Shown here one piece after another: positions 52,345 to 64,000 of a DNA stretch of 64,000 bases; position 1 is the stretch's first letter; each line of letters begins with the position of its first letter. Below the pieces are notes generated by a model that was not told the DNA's origin, did no database searches, and worked only from the letters and a program-made list of their open reading frames with translations. Source of the stretch: Octopus sinensis (Eukaryota); the NCBI RefSeq assembly GCF_006345805.1, contig NC_042998.1, positions 108,066,001-108,130,000 on the forward strand, written 5' to 3'. A program made the translations under genes and the position numbers.

Positions 52345-53836
52345 AAGGGTCTGGAAGCTTAAGGATCCTGTGAATGGACAGAAATTTAGAGATGTATTAC
52401 TCGAAGCTTTTGACGAAAAGAGGAGGATATAGCATCACATGATGTGGAAGACAACTGGAGGTTCCTATGGGACAACCTGTTGAAGGTTATTGACCAGATC
52501 TGTGGATGGTGTAAAGTCCTCTCTCGACCCAACTTAACACGGTTGTGGAACAATGTAGCTGACAGGTCCATTAGGGAAAAGAAACAGGCATGGAAGAATG
52601 AAGGTAGCAGGGAATTATATCAGATTGCCATAAGGGAAGCTAGGAGACAGGTTTACTTAGCCAAAGAGGAAACAGATAAGAAAATTTATTTGCCAATGTT
52701 CTGCGTTGTGAGGACAAAGACATGAAGTGTTTTGTGTTGCAAGACAGTGTGTGAGAGAGAATTGTGATGTCATAAGAGAGAAATATGTTTGCAAGATAGT
52801 CTGCCGAATGTTGACCCAACAGAGGGACCAGCTATCCGAATTGACAGTACCTATGGACACATAAGAGGTGCAACAATATCAAAGGAAGGCTAACTGGGAA
52901 GATAGTTTTTGTGTGTGGCAAATGCTCAGGTAAAAACTGAAAATGTGCAGAAAACAGCTTCCGTTACATGCTAGGGGAAAAAAAATAAAAGTGACTGATA
53001 GCTTCCGTTACCTAGGTGACCAAGTCAGTAGCGGGGATCGATGCTCTGAGAGTGTAGCTGTTAGAATAAGAATAACCTGGGCAAAGTTCAGAAAGCTCCT
53101 ACTTCTTCTAGTGACAAAGGGCCTCTCGCTCAGAGTAAAAGGTAGACAGTATGATGTATGTGTGTGAACAACCATGCCACACGGCAGTGAAACATGGGCC
53201 ATGACTGCAGAGGACATGCATAAGCTTGCAAGGAATGAAGCTAGTATGCTCCACTGGATGTGTAATGTCAGTATGCATTCACGATAGAGTGTAAGTGCCA
53301 TGAGAGAAAAGTTGGACATAAGAAGCATCAGATGTGGTATGCAAGAGAGAAAACTGCACAGGTATGATCATGTGTTGTGTATGGATGAGGACAGCTGTGT
53401 GAAAAAGTGTCACACCCTAGCAGTAGAGGGAACCTGTGGAAGAGGTAGACCCATTGGGCAATAAAGTGCACTTACGAAGACCTGTTGAGTCAAGAGAAGT
53501 CATTGTCGTTGCATGATTGGCAACTGTGCCAGTAGCACATAAAAAGCAACATTTGAGCATAATCATTGCCAGTGCTGCCTGACTGGTTCCCATGCCAGTG
53601 GCACGTATAAAGCACTACTGAAGCGTGTTTGATGTCAGTACCACCTGAGTGGCCCTTGTGCCAGTGGCACGTAAAAAGCACCGACTACACTCTCGGAATG
53701 GTTGGTGTTAGGTAGGTCATCCAGCCATAGAAACTTTGCCAGATCAGATTGGAGCCTGGTGTAGCCTTCTGGCTTGCCAGCTGTCAGTCAAACCATCCAA
53801 CCCAAGCCAGCATGCAAAGTAGACAGTAAACGACGA
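52345..53836 (+). mobile_element. Multiply deleted RTE copy (EN end, PHD remnant, C-terminus, 3' UTR)
   Basis: NWRFLWDNLLKVIDQICGWCKV, LWTHKRCNNIKGRLTGKIV and DSFRYLGDQVSSG...LVTKGLSLRVKGR motifs. Confidence 0.85.
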
Positions 53837-53991
53837 TATCTCCTTGTTTCTTTTTGTGCTTCTTTCTGTGCAAGAGCATAAGCTTGAAACATTAAAGACT
53901 TTTTCAATTCCCGAGCATGAAACTAATACATCTGTTTGCTGTGTACACCACCTGTCTTTGTCTTTTGTTTTTTTTTGGTGAATTCTCCCCC

Positions 53992-54030
<39 letters not shown>

Positions 54031-55390
54031 GCAGGAATCTTCTGAGTTACAGGAGAAATGTGATCCTGAACATCTTGCTGTAATGCAAAATTAATTTTTC
54101 CATTTATATTCATGTCATAAAGTGAGAATGCATTCCAACAGACTTTTTGGAAAACAACAAGAAGAAAAAAAATCAACACAACCAACTTTTATGCATGAAA
54201 ATAATTTCTGAACATACACAACACAATATATATAAATAAAACATTTGAAGAGAAACATGACAGGGAATAAATAACAATGGCTTCTTCAAGTCCTATATCA
54301 TTTTCAAGTGTCACAATATAATTATGAATTTGTTGTAAATTTTCTGTTTGTGGAAAATTTGTAAAGTCATTGATACAGTTTAGCTATGTATTTTCTCAAA
54401 CCCCACTCAAAGTTATGGGGTTTACATCAGCTATGTTATCCATAGTGCCCATTATGTTGGACTTCTTCCAGAGGTTTCCTGAATTAGGTTGATGCTTAAT
54501 TTAAGATGGAAAAAAGTGGAGGTGTGTGACATTACAAATGTAACTTTTTGTCAGAAAGAAAAGTCTGGAGAGAAGGAAGAAATAGTCCAAGAAAAGCGCA
54601 ACTACACATACATTTTTCTTGGACTATTTTTTCCTTCTTTTTGGACCTTTCCACTTTCTAACAAAAGCCATGCTCAAAACACTACACCCCACCCTCTTTT
54701 TTTCCATCTCAAACTGAATGTCAATATTCACTGTGTGCATCCTTTAGTATTTTGTTGTTTTGCTTTATTTTTATTTCCAATTTGTCTTTTATTGCATGCT
54801 CATACAGATCTATGTCCTTCCGACTATGATTTGGAGCACCTAATTCTTGGATTGCCCTACACTGGATTACCTGCCATTATGTATACATGGATTGGATTGG
54901 ATTAGGTTGCCTGTGTTCAGTCAACTGCAGGATGAAGGCCTTAGCATGTTCTCTCCACCAAACATGGTCTGATGTTGAGGCCATGAATTTGACCTGGTCT
55001 GATGAGCCTACTCTGCCACACTGGCTCAACATGGTTTGACAGAGGGGTGTAGTTATTATTTTTTGTTATACTCATACCCAGAAGTTTAAGATGCATAATT
55101 GTATATATAAAAAAAGAAAAGGGAGAATTCTTTCATTTGTATATAAAGATATAGAAAGAGGTTTTTTTTTCCTTTTTTGTGTGTATCACATCATCATTGA
55201 TTTTTTTTACTACTTTTACTTTTTTTAGTCATTCAATTTTGGGCTAAATTTTTCTATGAAGTGCAGTTCCATAGCTTTATGGTATTCCGGGTCATTCTGT
55301 GAGCATTTGTAGAATGGGATAATTTTAAATTTTCCATTTCCGCATACTTCTAGGTGTTTGCTTAATGGTATCTTGTGTAAGTCATATATG

Positions 55391-55800
55391 CATGCATCTA
55401 TTTACCTTTGTCACATCATCAATTATTCACTTCTCTAATTTTGTCACAGATTGGCTGACTGAAAATTCTAAGAGCCTTAAGTTCTATCTACTATTAATAT
55501 GCCATTCCTAACAACGGTATTGTTATTTTTTTTCCAACTCGGTACATCTATTACCTCTATTTCAGTGCAGATCATAATCCCCTCTTAGTTCTATAAACAT
55601 AGTTTTTGTCTTCCGTCTTAAAAACAAACTTAAGTTCACATGAATACCTTTATCGTCACTTATTCATGCATCTATTTACCTTTGTCACATCATCAATTAT
55701 TCATTTCTCTAATTTTGTCACAGACTGGCTGACCGAAAATTCTAAGAGTTTTAAATTCTATCTGCTATTAGCATGCCATTCCTAACACTGGTATTGCTGT
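55391..55800 (+). repeat. ~136-bp direct repeat pair (55391-55527 and 55665-55800)
   Basis: By-eye alignment shows about 13 mismatches and no indels; period 274 bp. Confidence 0.9.
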
Positions 55801-56284
55801 TTTGTGGCTTGCCCGCTAACCCCACCCACCCATACTGGAAGTTCTTATCCTCTCACCCCCACCACCACCACCAGTACTGGAAGTCGGTATCCTCTGACAG
55901 CCTTCGGTTGTCTCCCATGAACACTTCTAAAGGCTTAATGCCATCCCCACCCCTACTTAGGGTCTATCTTCTATGTAAGGTTGTGATCATATAGTGCATA
56001 AAAATGATGGCGTAGTGTATGCAGGCTGTTGTTTGTTTATGAATTCTGCCAAATGCGAGCTTTCTTTTCAGGTACATGATGCTGCTGTCCCCCATCCCAG
56101 GGTCACATGGCCCACACCTCCCACACCCTTAGGGTTGGCACACTCAAGAAGGCATAAATCAAAAATATGTATATTTGAGCTATAGAAGATACTTGTTTAA
56201 ATACTACACACTAGAACTGAACCCCAAAGAAACTTCTTAATCACACAATAGAGCCTCTATGTATTATATACTACTACTACTACT

Positions 56285-56535
56285 ACTGTTACTCCGTCAG
56301 TTACGGCAATGAGGGTTCCAGTTGATCCAATCAAGAGAACAGCTTGCTTGTGAAATTAGTGTGCAAGTGGCTGAGCACTCCACAGACATGTATACCCTTA
56401 ATGTAGTTCTCAGGGGAATTCAGCATGACAGAATGTAACAAGGCTGGCCCATTGAATTACTGGTATAACTCTTTTGCCAGCTAAGTGGACTGGAGGAATG
56501 TAAAATAAAGTGTCTTGCTCGAAGACACAATGTGT
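56285..56535. mobile_element. Copy of a third SINE-like interspersed repeat
   Basis: actccgtcagttacg...gtggctgagcactccacagac...gtgtcttgctc resembles a recalled octopus repeat. Single copy in this window. Confidence 0.4.
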
Positions 56536-56707
56536 TAGAGTCTATGATATATATACATATATATATATATATATTATGTACACATGATGGGCCAGTTTTT
56601 TTTAAGGTCATTTGTATGAATTTAGAAAAAGACACATAGCTTGTTGAAGAAAAGGTATATTTGAAAACAAATAAGTACAAATAACCTTGAGAATCCTTCT
56701 ATCACAC

Positions 56708-56911
56708 CTATTCAATGAATCCACTGTTAGCATCAATTGCTGCAACAGTACAGGGCTGGAAGCATTGGCATGCCCAAATCAGATGATCTTTATCAATTTT
56801 GGATACAGTGCTGGTTATGGTGAACTTGAAAGATTGTATAGTGTTATGGAAGTGCTGGTTGATCTCTCTCTTGACTATGTCCCATATGTAACAGTCAAGA
56901 GGGCTGAGTTG
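56708..56911 (-). mobile_element. DD37D/maT-like transposase C-terminal fragment
   Basis: LSPLDCYIWDIVKREINQHFHNTIQSFK...IDANSGFIE*, homologous to the C-terminus at ~50030-50230. Confidence 0.7.
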
Positions 56912-57045
56912 TTAAAAATCAGATATATGATATAAATAAAAAAGAAAAGCAAAGCATTTTGAAAAGTAAACAAAAATATATATATTTGTAAGTCTTTGAA
57001 AGATAAATTTATAAACGGTGATATTCCTGTCTGTTACATAATATA

Positions 57046-57555
57046 TAGGGTGATTGAAAAGTAACTCCTTATTTTAAAATACTTATAAATTATTTATTAA
57101 TCGTAATTTTTACAAAAAAAAATGGATATGGGAGGAAAGCATTTAGTATAAGGTTTAATTTAAAATTCAAGATGGGCCACAGATGTTGCCACTAGCTTCT
57201 TGTGTTGCCTGGGAATTGCATCAAATGATTTCACCAGGGACTCTTGTGGGATGGAAGACATAACTTCTCGTATTCACCCTTCAAGTTCTTCCAAAGTCTT
57301 TCATTTAGTACGATAAACTTGTTCCTTTAACCAACCCCAAAGAAAGAAATCACAGGGTGTTAAGTCAGGACTCCTGGCTGGCCACTCATGTGGACTACGA
57401 TGGCCCATCCATCTCCTGGGGAAGTAGGAATTCCATCATTCTCGAATAACAAGAGCAAAATGTGGAGGAGTGCCATTTGCATGAAAATCAAATCTTCAAT
57501 ATTCTCCTAAGCACTGATAACTGACCAGATCTCATCTTGCAGCATAGTGAGGTAC
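57046..57555 (-). mobile_element. Tc1/mariner transposase C-terminal fragment, truncated by a SINE
   Basis: EWPARSPDLTPCDFFLWGWLKEQVY at ~57310-57387; a ta+tagggtg end at ~57046. Confidence 0.8.
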
Positions 57556-58118
57556 CATATGGAGTTACTTTTCAATCACTCTGTATATTGGACTATAGCC
57601 ATGCTAGGGCACCACTTTGAAGAGTTTAGTCAAACATATTGCCCCCACTATACATTTTTTATAAGCCTGGTGCTTATTCTATCAGTCTCTTTTTCTGGAA
57701 TGCTAAGTTGCAGGGATGGAAACAAACCAACACGAGTTGTCAAGTGGTACTGGGCAACAAACACAAAGACACACACACACATGGATATGTATGTATATAC
57801 ATCCATATACACACATACACAGAGTATAATATGATTTTTCTTTTACTGCAAAACCTCTTTTGGCTACAACATACACTAAAATTTATTCAGTAAAACACTT
57901 CTATATGTTAACTTTTTCCATAAGCAAAATTTTCAGTAAATGTAATTTTTTTTCTTTCTCTTTTTTAATGCTGTGTTTGTGACTAGGGAAATGTAAAGAT
58001 GTGCACGACCACCCTTGGACGGTTTTGAATGATCATAGAAAGCGTGAGCCTTCTAACTGAAATATTGTGGATTTGTATAAAGGACACACACACAGACATT
58101 TTGCCATTTATATATATA

Positions 58119-58513
58119 CTAGCAGTATCGCCCGGCGTTGCTCGGGTTTGTAAGGGAAATAATTATATAAGCATTTTTAGAGATGTAAAGTATAATAGCC
58201 ATCTCAATATGGCTAACCACAAAGGGGGAGGGGTGTTACTGTAGCTTTTTACGTTCTGAGATTTAATAATAAATTTTAGAGAGTTACTTCCCTTATATAT
58301 GTCAAAAATGGATTAAAAATGGGAAAAATTGATGGTAAATTTTTTTTTAAATCGTAGACTCATCGTAGACGCGCGCTAATACCCAGACGGTCTCGATATG
58401 AATCACGACTATAAGATACCCGCTTTTGGTTAAACTGCACCGCAAAATGTGGGAGTAGTTAGGAATCTAAATCGTAGGAGACAGACACACAACCTCACTT
58501 TTATATATAAAGA
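58119..58513 (-). mobile_element. Non-autonomous Helitron (~395 bp)
   Basis: Minus strand starts A|TC and ends CCCGAGCAACGCCGGG (hairpin)-cgatactg-CTAG|T. This gives 5' TC, a subterminal hairpin, 3' CTRR and an A/T insertion site with no TSD. Confidence 0.8.
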
Positions 58514-58576
58514 TTTCCTCTATTTACATAATATTGAGGTCTCTTTCTTTCTTTTGTTATCTTACTGTTTTTACCA

Positions 58577-58619
<43 letters not shown>

Positions 58620-58691
58620 TACATATAGTTACAGAGATGTACTTGCATAGCAAGTGACTTGATCTGAGATCGTGTGCTGGAACGAAAACAG

Positions 58692-58950
58692 TTGCAGCGT
58701 TGAAGGTGTTTATAAGCCATTTAAGAAACACACAAAAACCTTAAGATTCACTTCAACATTTAAATTTAATTTGTCAAAATATTTTCGTCGCTTTGAAACC
58801 GCGACCTGTTAGCACGATATTTTTGTCAGTGAACAGGTCGCGGTCTCAAAGCGCCGAAAATATTTTGGCAAATTAAATTTAAATGTTGAAGTGAATGTAA
58901 CGGTTTTTGTGTGTTTCTTAAATGGCTTACAAACACCTTCCACGCTGCAA
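58692..58950. repeat. Long palindrome, 119-bp arms with a 21-bp spacer; probably inverted Penelope-like pLTRs
   Basis: 58692-58810 is the reverse complement of 58832-58950 with few mismatches. Confidence 0.92.
58822..58872 (+). ncRNA. Minimal type I hammerhead-ribozyme-like motif with G3:C8 core
   Basis: UUUGUCA-GUGAACA-G-GUCGC-GGUCUCAAA-GCGCC-GAA-AAUAUU-U-UGGCAAA. The opposite arm reads GCGAC and UGACAAA, which restore perfect pairing. Confidence 0.55.
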
Positions 58951-58968
58951 TATATATATACACACATA

Positions 58969-58999
<31 letters not shown>

Positions 59000-59971
59000 G
59001 TGTATATGTGTATGCATGTATGTGTGTGTGTGTGCGTGTCTGTGCTTGTGATTGTCCTCCACCACTGCTTGACAACGAATGTTGGTTTGTTTACACCCCT
59101 GTCACCTAGTGGTTTGACAAAGGAAACAGATAGAATAAGTACAATGCTTACAAAAATAAAACTGGAGTTGATTCATTAAACTACAATTCTTCAAGGCATT
59201 GCCCCAGCATGGCCACAGACCAATGGCTGGAAAAAGCAGAAGAATAAAAGAATACATTCTCTGCTTTGGTCTTATGTTCACCCTCACACACACACACAAG
59301 CGCACACACACACACACACACACTCACACACATGCACGTTAGCTTACAATTTTATTTATATATTTGCGTGTGTATGTGTGGAAAGAGGAAGTGGGAGGCA
59401 GAGTGAAAGAATCACTCACTACAGTAAGTGAATTACTTTCGTTTTATTCGTTGCCCACTGTGTGTGTGCGTTTGCGTGTGGTGTAAACCAGACTAAGAAA
59501 AGCATTTGACACACACACCAGAATGTGAGTTTTCTGTAAATTTTGCTTAATTGGAGTTTAAATTTTAAAAACTGGACCTGGCATGACGCGATGCATTGTA
59601 CTCTTAAAACTGCTAGGTAAATTGTAATTGAAGAAATCCTATATTGTAGATTTGTATAACTCCCAAAGGGAGGCAGATAAAATCTGCCTTTTATAATAAG
59701 AGATATTCAAAATTAGGGAATGGTGTACATAAAATCCAGGCTACATGTGATTCATAGCTGGCATAACCTTGGAAGTAGTAATTATCCAAATGAGGGGTAA
59801 TCTGCTAGCTGCCCCTTGGGCCAAAGATACCTTAATCAAATGAAATTTACATTGTTGTCAAGGGATCCCTTGAAAATGTGTGGAAAACACAGTTAGAGAA
59901 GAAAAGGAAAAGCATACACATAATAAAAACATCTACTTCCTATATTAAAAAAAAATGAAATTTGTTTTATT

Positions 59972-60007
<36 letters not shown>

Positions 60008-60424
60008 CACACAAAGGTAAAGTAATTGTTGTCTGGTGAGAACTGGGATTGACTCCAAATGAGAAGTGAAGTTATTCTCATAAAACTAAGAATTTTGTAG
60101 AACTGACAAGCAATTAAGGAAAGATAGCTGGTCACTTGTGTCCAGACAATGAAACTGTCTCTTCCATCAATAATTAACCTCAACTATTTTCAATGAATTC
60201 TGAATTCATCTGACTTGGCCCAATATTCCAATCTTTCTGTCTGTGTTAATTTAGGACTTAAACGCTTCCCTAACAAATGAAAATTAGATAATTGGATACA
60301 AACAAAGGAAAGGATCATAATGCACATGAATAAAAATAGAAGTAAAATGAAAGAATAGAGCTTTACCAGCAACAGCAGTATAATGCAGAAATTACTTCTT
60401 CACCACCAATTTACAAAACTTAAC

Positions 60425-61401
60425 AACTAGGAAGATAGTTTTTGTGTGGCAGATGCACAGGAGCAGTAAACACCGAAGATGTACAGAAAAGAGATTCCAT
60501 CACATACCAAGGGAAAAAATTAGAAATAATTGATAGCTTCCATTACCTAGGTGACCAAGTCAGTAGCAGGGGTGGATGCTCTGAGAGCATATCTGTTAGA
60601 ATAAAAATAGTCCGGGCAAAGTTCAGGAGCTCCTACCTCTACTGGTAACAAAGGGCCTCTTGTTTAGAGAGAAAGGTAGACTGTATGATGTATGTATGCG
60701 AACAGCCATGCTATACAGTAGTGAAATATGGGCTGTGACTGCTGAGTACATAGGCTTGCAAGAAATGAAGCTAGTATGCTCCACTGGATGTATAATGTCA
60801 ATGAGCATACACAACAGAGTGTAAGTGCCCTGAGAGAAAAGTTGGACATAAGAAGCATCAGATGTGGTGTGCAAGAGAGATGACTTTGCGTGCTGATATG
60901 GTCATGGATTGCATATGGTTGAGGACAGCTGCGTGAAGAAGTGTCACACCCTAACAGTGGAGGGAACCTGTAGAAAGGTAGACTCAGGAAAATATGGGAT
61001 GAGGACCTTTAGAGATATGCTGTGCTTGAGAAGACCTGTTGAGTAAAGTGAAGTCGTGGCCGATGCCAATGTTGCCTGACAGGCAACCATGCCAGTAGCA
61101 TGTAAAAAGCACCATTAGACTGTGGTTGATGCCAGTGCTGCCTGACTGGCTCCTGTGCCGGTGGCATGTAAAAAGCACTATTCGAGTGTGGTCAATACCA
61201 GTGCTGCCTCACTAGCCCCTGTGCTGGTGGCACATAAAATGCACCCACTACACATCCAGCTGTAGAGACCTTACCAGATCAGATTGGAGCCTTGTGCAGC
61301 CACCTGGCTTGCCAGTACTCCATCAAACCATCCAACCCATGCCAGCATGGAAAGCAGATGTTAAATGACGATGACGACGACGACGATGATGATGATGATG
61401 A
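60425..61401 (+). mobile_element. 5'-truncated RTE (end of PHD, C-terminus, 3' UTR, GAC/GAT tail)
   Basis: CGRCTGAVNTEDVQKRDSITYQGKKLEIIDSFHYLGDQVSSRGGCSES, then the shared 3' UTR. Confidence 0.85.
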
Positions 61402-61530
61402 TTTTAAGCTGCCTTTAAACCTTTTCATTATTTTTTGCACAGGACTGAACAACATTCTGATATATATTTTCTTTGACCTTAGTTTAAGATCAAAAACAGT
61501 TTAACAATGAATTGTTGCCAACTTGTCTAA

Positions 61531-61790
61531 CTCTTTCTAACCATATTTCAACTGACATACACTGGATATATATTTCAGCTAATTTTGAAAATTATCAAGA
61601 ATACAGGAGAGTTTAGTTAAACAAATAATGTTTTATTCATTATTAAATTTGTATGTGCAACACAATTTGATAAAAAGTTTTGTTTTAAAATTATGATAAA
61701 TTTTAAGTTAGATATGCACCCTTTAAAATGAGAAGTTCTATGTTACAGAATCAGATAAGGTCTCATTCAGGCAGATTAGTATTGAAAGGG
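61531..61790. mobile_element. Possible piggyBac-like MITE
   Basis: Right end gaaaggg|TTAA; left end degenerate cTAA|ctctttc. No coding sequence. Confidence 0.4.
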
Positions 61791-62300
61791 TTAAATACAA
61801 GGTAATGTGTTTAATACATTCTTTATAACTAGTATCTTCAAATTATATCGTACATCACACCACTTTGTGCATCTTAAATTTATTCTTAAATTTTAATTTA
61901 GGCTCAAAATTTAGGAACTTGCCATTTATGATTCCCCTAAGAACAATGCAGAATCAAAGTCAATGGCCATTTTAGAAGAATTCAGACTATAAGGACCAAA
62001 ATACAAAAGTACTAATTAAATTTATGAAATAAGATAAATTCATGTTCTGAGAGAGATGAATTCTAACATTATGAGCAGGACTTAATGAATTTTGCTACTT
62101 GATTTTGTCAATGCAAATGTTCACCAATTTCCTTGTAATCTAGTTTTTATTTGTGCATGACTGAACAGTCCCTATTTCCATACAATATGAGAATTAATTA
62201 GTAATTATGATTGGTCATTGGCTGAATTTATAAGAAAGTCGCTTATATTTGAACTTGCCAGGTAAGTGATTTGATTTGAGAAGTTGAGAAACTAAAATGA

Positions 62301-62487
62301 TTGCAGCAGGGAAGACACACATTAGCCATTTAAGAACACACAAAGACTGTTAACGTCACTTAGATGATTATTATTTGGTGTCAAAATTTTCATTGCGCCA
62401 TCAGCAACATCAAATGATAAATGTTTAAGTGAGGTTAACAGGCTTTGTGTGTTTTTAAATGGCTAAGATGTGTCTTCCATGCTGCAA
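62301..62487. repeat. Second imperfect palindrome of the same family as 58692-58950
   Basis: Arms ttgcagca.ggaagacac..attagccatttaa.aacacacaaag and their reverse complement. It shares termini and ~50 bp of upstream flank with the 58.7-kb element. Confidence 0.85.
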
Positions 62488-64000
62488 TTATCACTTATAT
62501 TTATTTCAACAACAGATATCACATAACAATTATGAGTGTTATTATTTGATATTTAAAAATAAACATGAAATATTATATCTAATTGTTGATACATATAATT
62601 TGACATAAGTAGTTTCGGGTTTAGATTTTTTTTTTAGATTCTTCTTAAGCAAATATTATAACAGAAGGCAAACATATTCTGATACAGAGTTTATAAAGAA
62701 GCAATTAACAGAAAGGTATGCAAACAATATACTGAAAACTTTCCAGAATGCAACTTTCTGACATGATTTTAACAAAAAGTTTTCTTTAGTATAAGAAGAG
62801 GTCAACAACAAACTATTATATATATGCCATTCATGTCACTAAACAATACGTATTCAGTCAATTTCCTGATATATATAGATATCACAGCTAGCAGTCAGTC
62901 ATCCCTTAAAATAAACAGTATAACTCCTTTCACCTCACACATACACACATTAACAAACACGATGCTCTCTATTCAATAGTTGCAGCCCTTGGCAAGATGA
63001 AGATGAAGAGAGTAGGTGTCTTCATCATTGAAGTGGAATAGCTATGGGCTAGTTCCTAACATAGAAAGAAATATTTTTTTGTTTGATGGAACAAAAGAAA
63101 ATCTTTCTGCTTAATGTGAATTTCTTACACAAAGTCTCAGGTTTCCTCTACCACTATCATCATAACAATAACAACAACAATAAAAACAAGATTCATTTAA
63201 ATCAGTTTTGACATGTTGGCATTGCTTAAACAAATCATCATCATCGTCATCATCATTGCTTTAACATCTACTCTTCCATGCTTGCAAGGATTAGATGAGA
63301 GTATGTTGGGGCAGAGTTTTCTACAGTCAGATGCCCTTTCTATTGCCAACTCCTAATTGTTTCAAAGTGAGGCAATAGTCTCCCAGTCTGTTGACAGCAA
63401 ACAAGCAGACATGTTTATGAGGAGAACTGGAAACAAATGTCACCAACAAATGCTACAGTTTAGAATCAGTGAATGAACACATGTAGATGAGGGAAGTACA
63501 ATTCACACTAACACATACACAAATATAAGAAACTTGACCAAAGCGTCATGCAGTAAGACTGAACATAAAACCACATGGTTAGTAAATGATTTTAATTGCA
63601 CAACTATGCCTGCATCACCACCCATGGAAAGTATTTCTACATGGTTGTTTGACTAGCTAAAAGTAGTAGCCAAATCTCCTAAACCACAGTTAGCTGTAGT
63701 TTAAGAGAGGTTGATCGTTTATCTTTTACTTATTTCAGTCATTTGACTGTGGTTATGCTAGGGCACCACCTTGAAGGCTTTTAGTTGAACAAATCGACCC
63801 CAGGACTTATTTAAAAAAAAACCTGGTACTTATACTATTAGTCTCTTTTTGCCAAACCACTAAGGTACGGGGACATAAACACACCAACATCAGTTGTCAA
63901 GCGGTGGTGGGGGACAAACACATACATAGATATATACATATATATATATATACACAACAAGCTTCTTTCAGTTTTCATCTACCAAATCCACTCAAAAGGC

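Overview
AT-rich, repeat-dense eukaryotic genomic DNA. The repeat make-up (RTE LINEs with (GAT)n tails, tRNA-derived SINEs, abundant CA/TA/AAT microsatellites) looks like an octopus/cephalopod genome; this is inference from recalled repeat families, not a database result. The only host gene supported is a minus-strand coiled-coil gene resembling CCDC171. Four exons with AG/GT boundaries (46717-46888, 34256-34335, 19205-19379, 13084-13196) have matching splice phases and join into one open 161-codon frame, which presumably continues beyond the left edge. The introns hold a nearly complete RTE LINE, many RTE 3' fragments, an R4/Dong-like RLE fragment, CR1-like, Tx1/L1-like and Gypsy relics, Tc1/mariner elements, a non-autonomous Helitron, SINEs and Penelope-like (PLE) remnants. 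The most unusual signals are: (1) minimal type I hammerhead-ribozyme-like motifs in PLE-like repeats, including one with a compensatory G3:C8 core inside a ~260-bp palindrome (58692-58950); (2) a C4HC3 PHD finger embedded inside the RTE reverse transcriptase; (3) a candidate 12/26-nt micro- or poison exon in the CCDC171-like gene. Most ORFs in the supplied track are microsatellite or repeat artefacts. Repeat boundaries were read by eye and are approximate.
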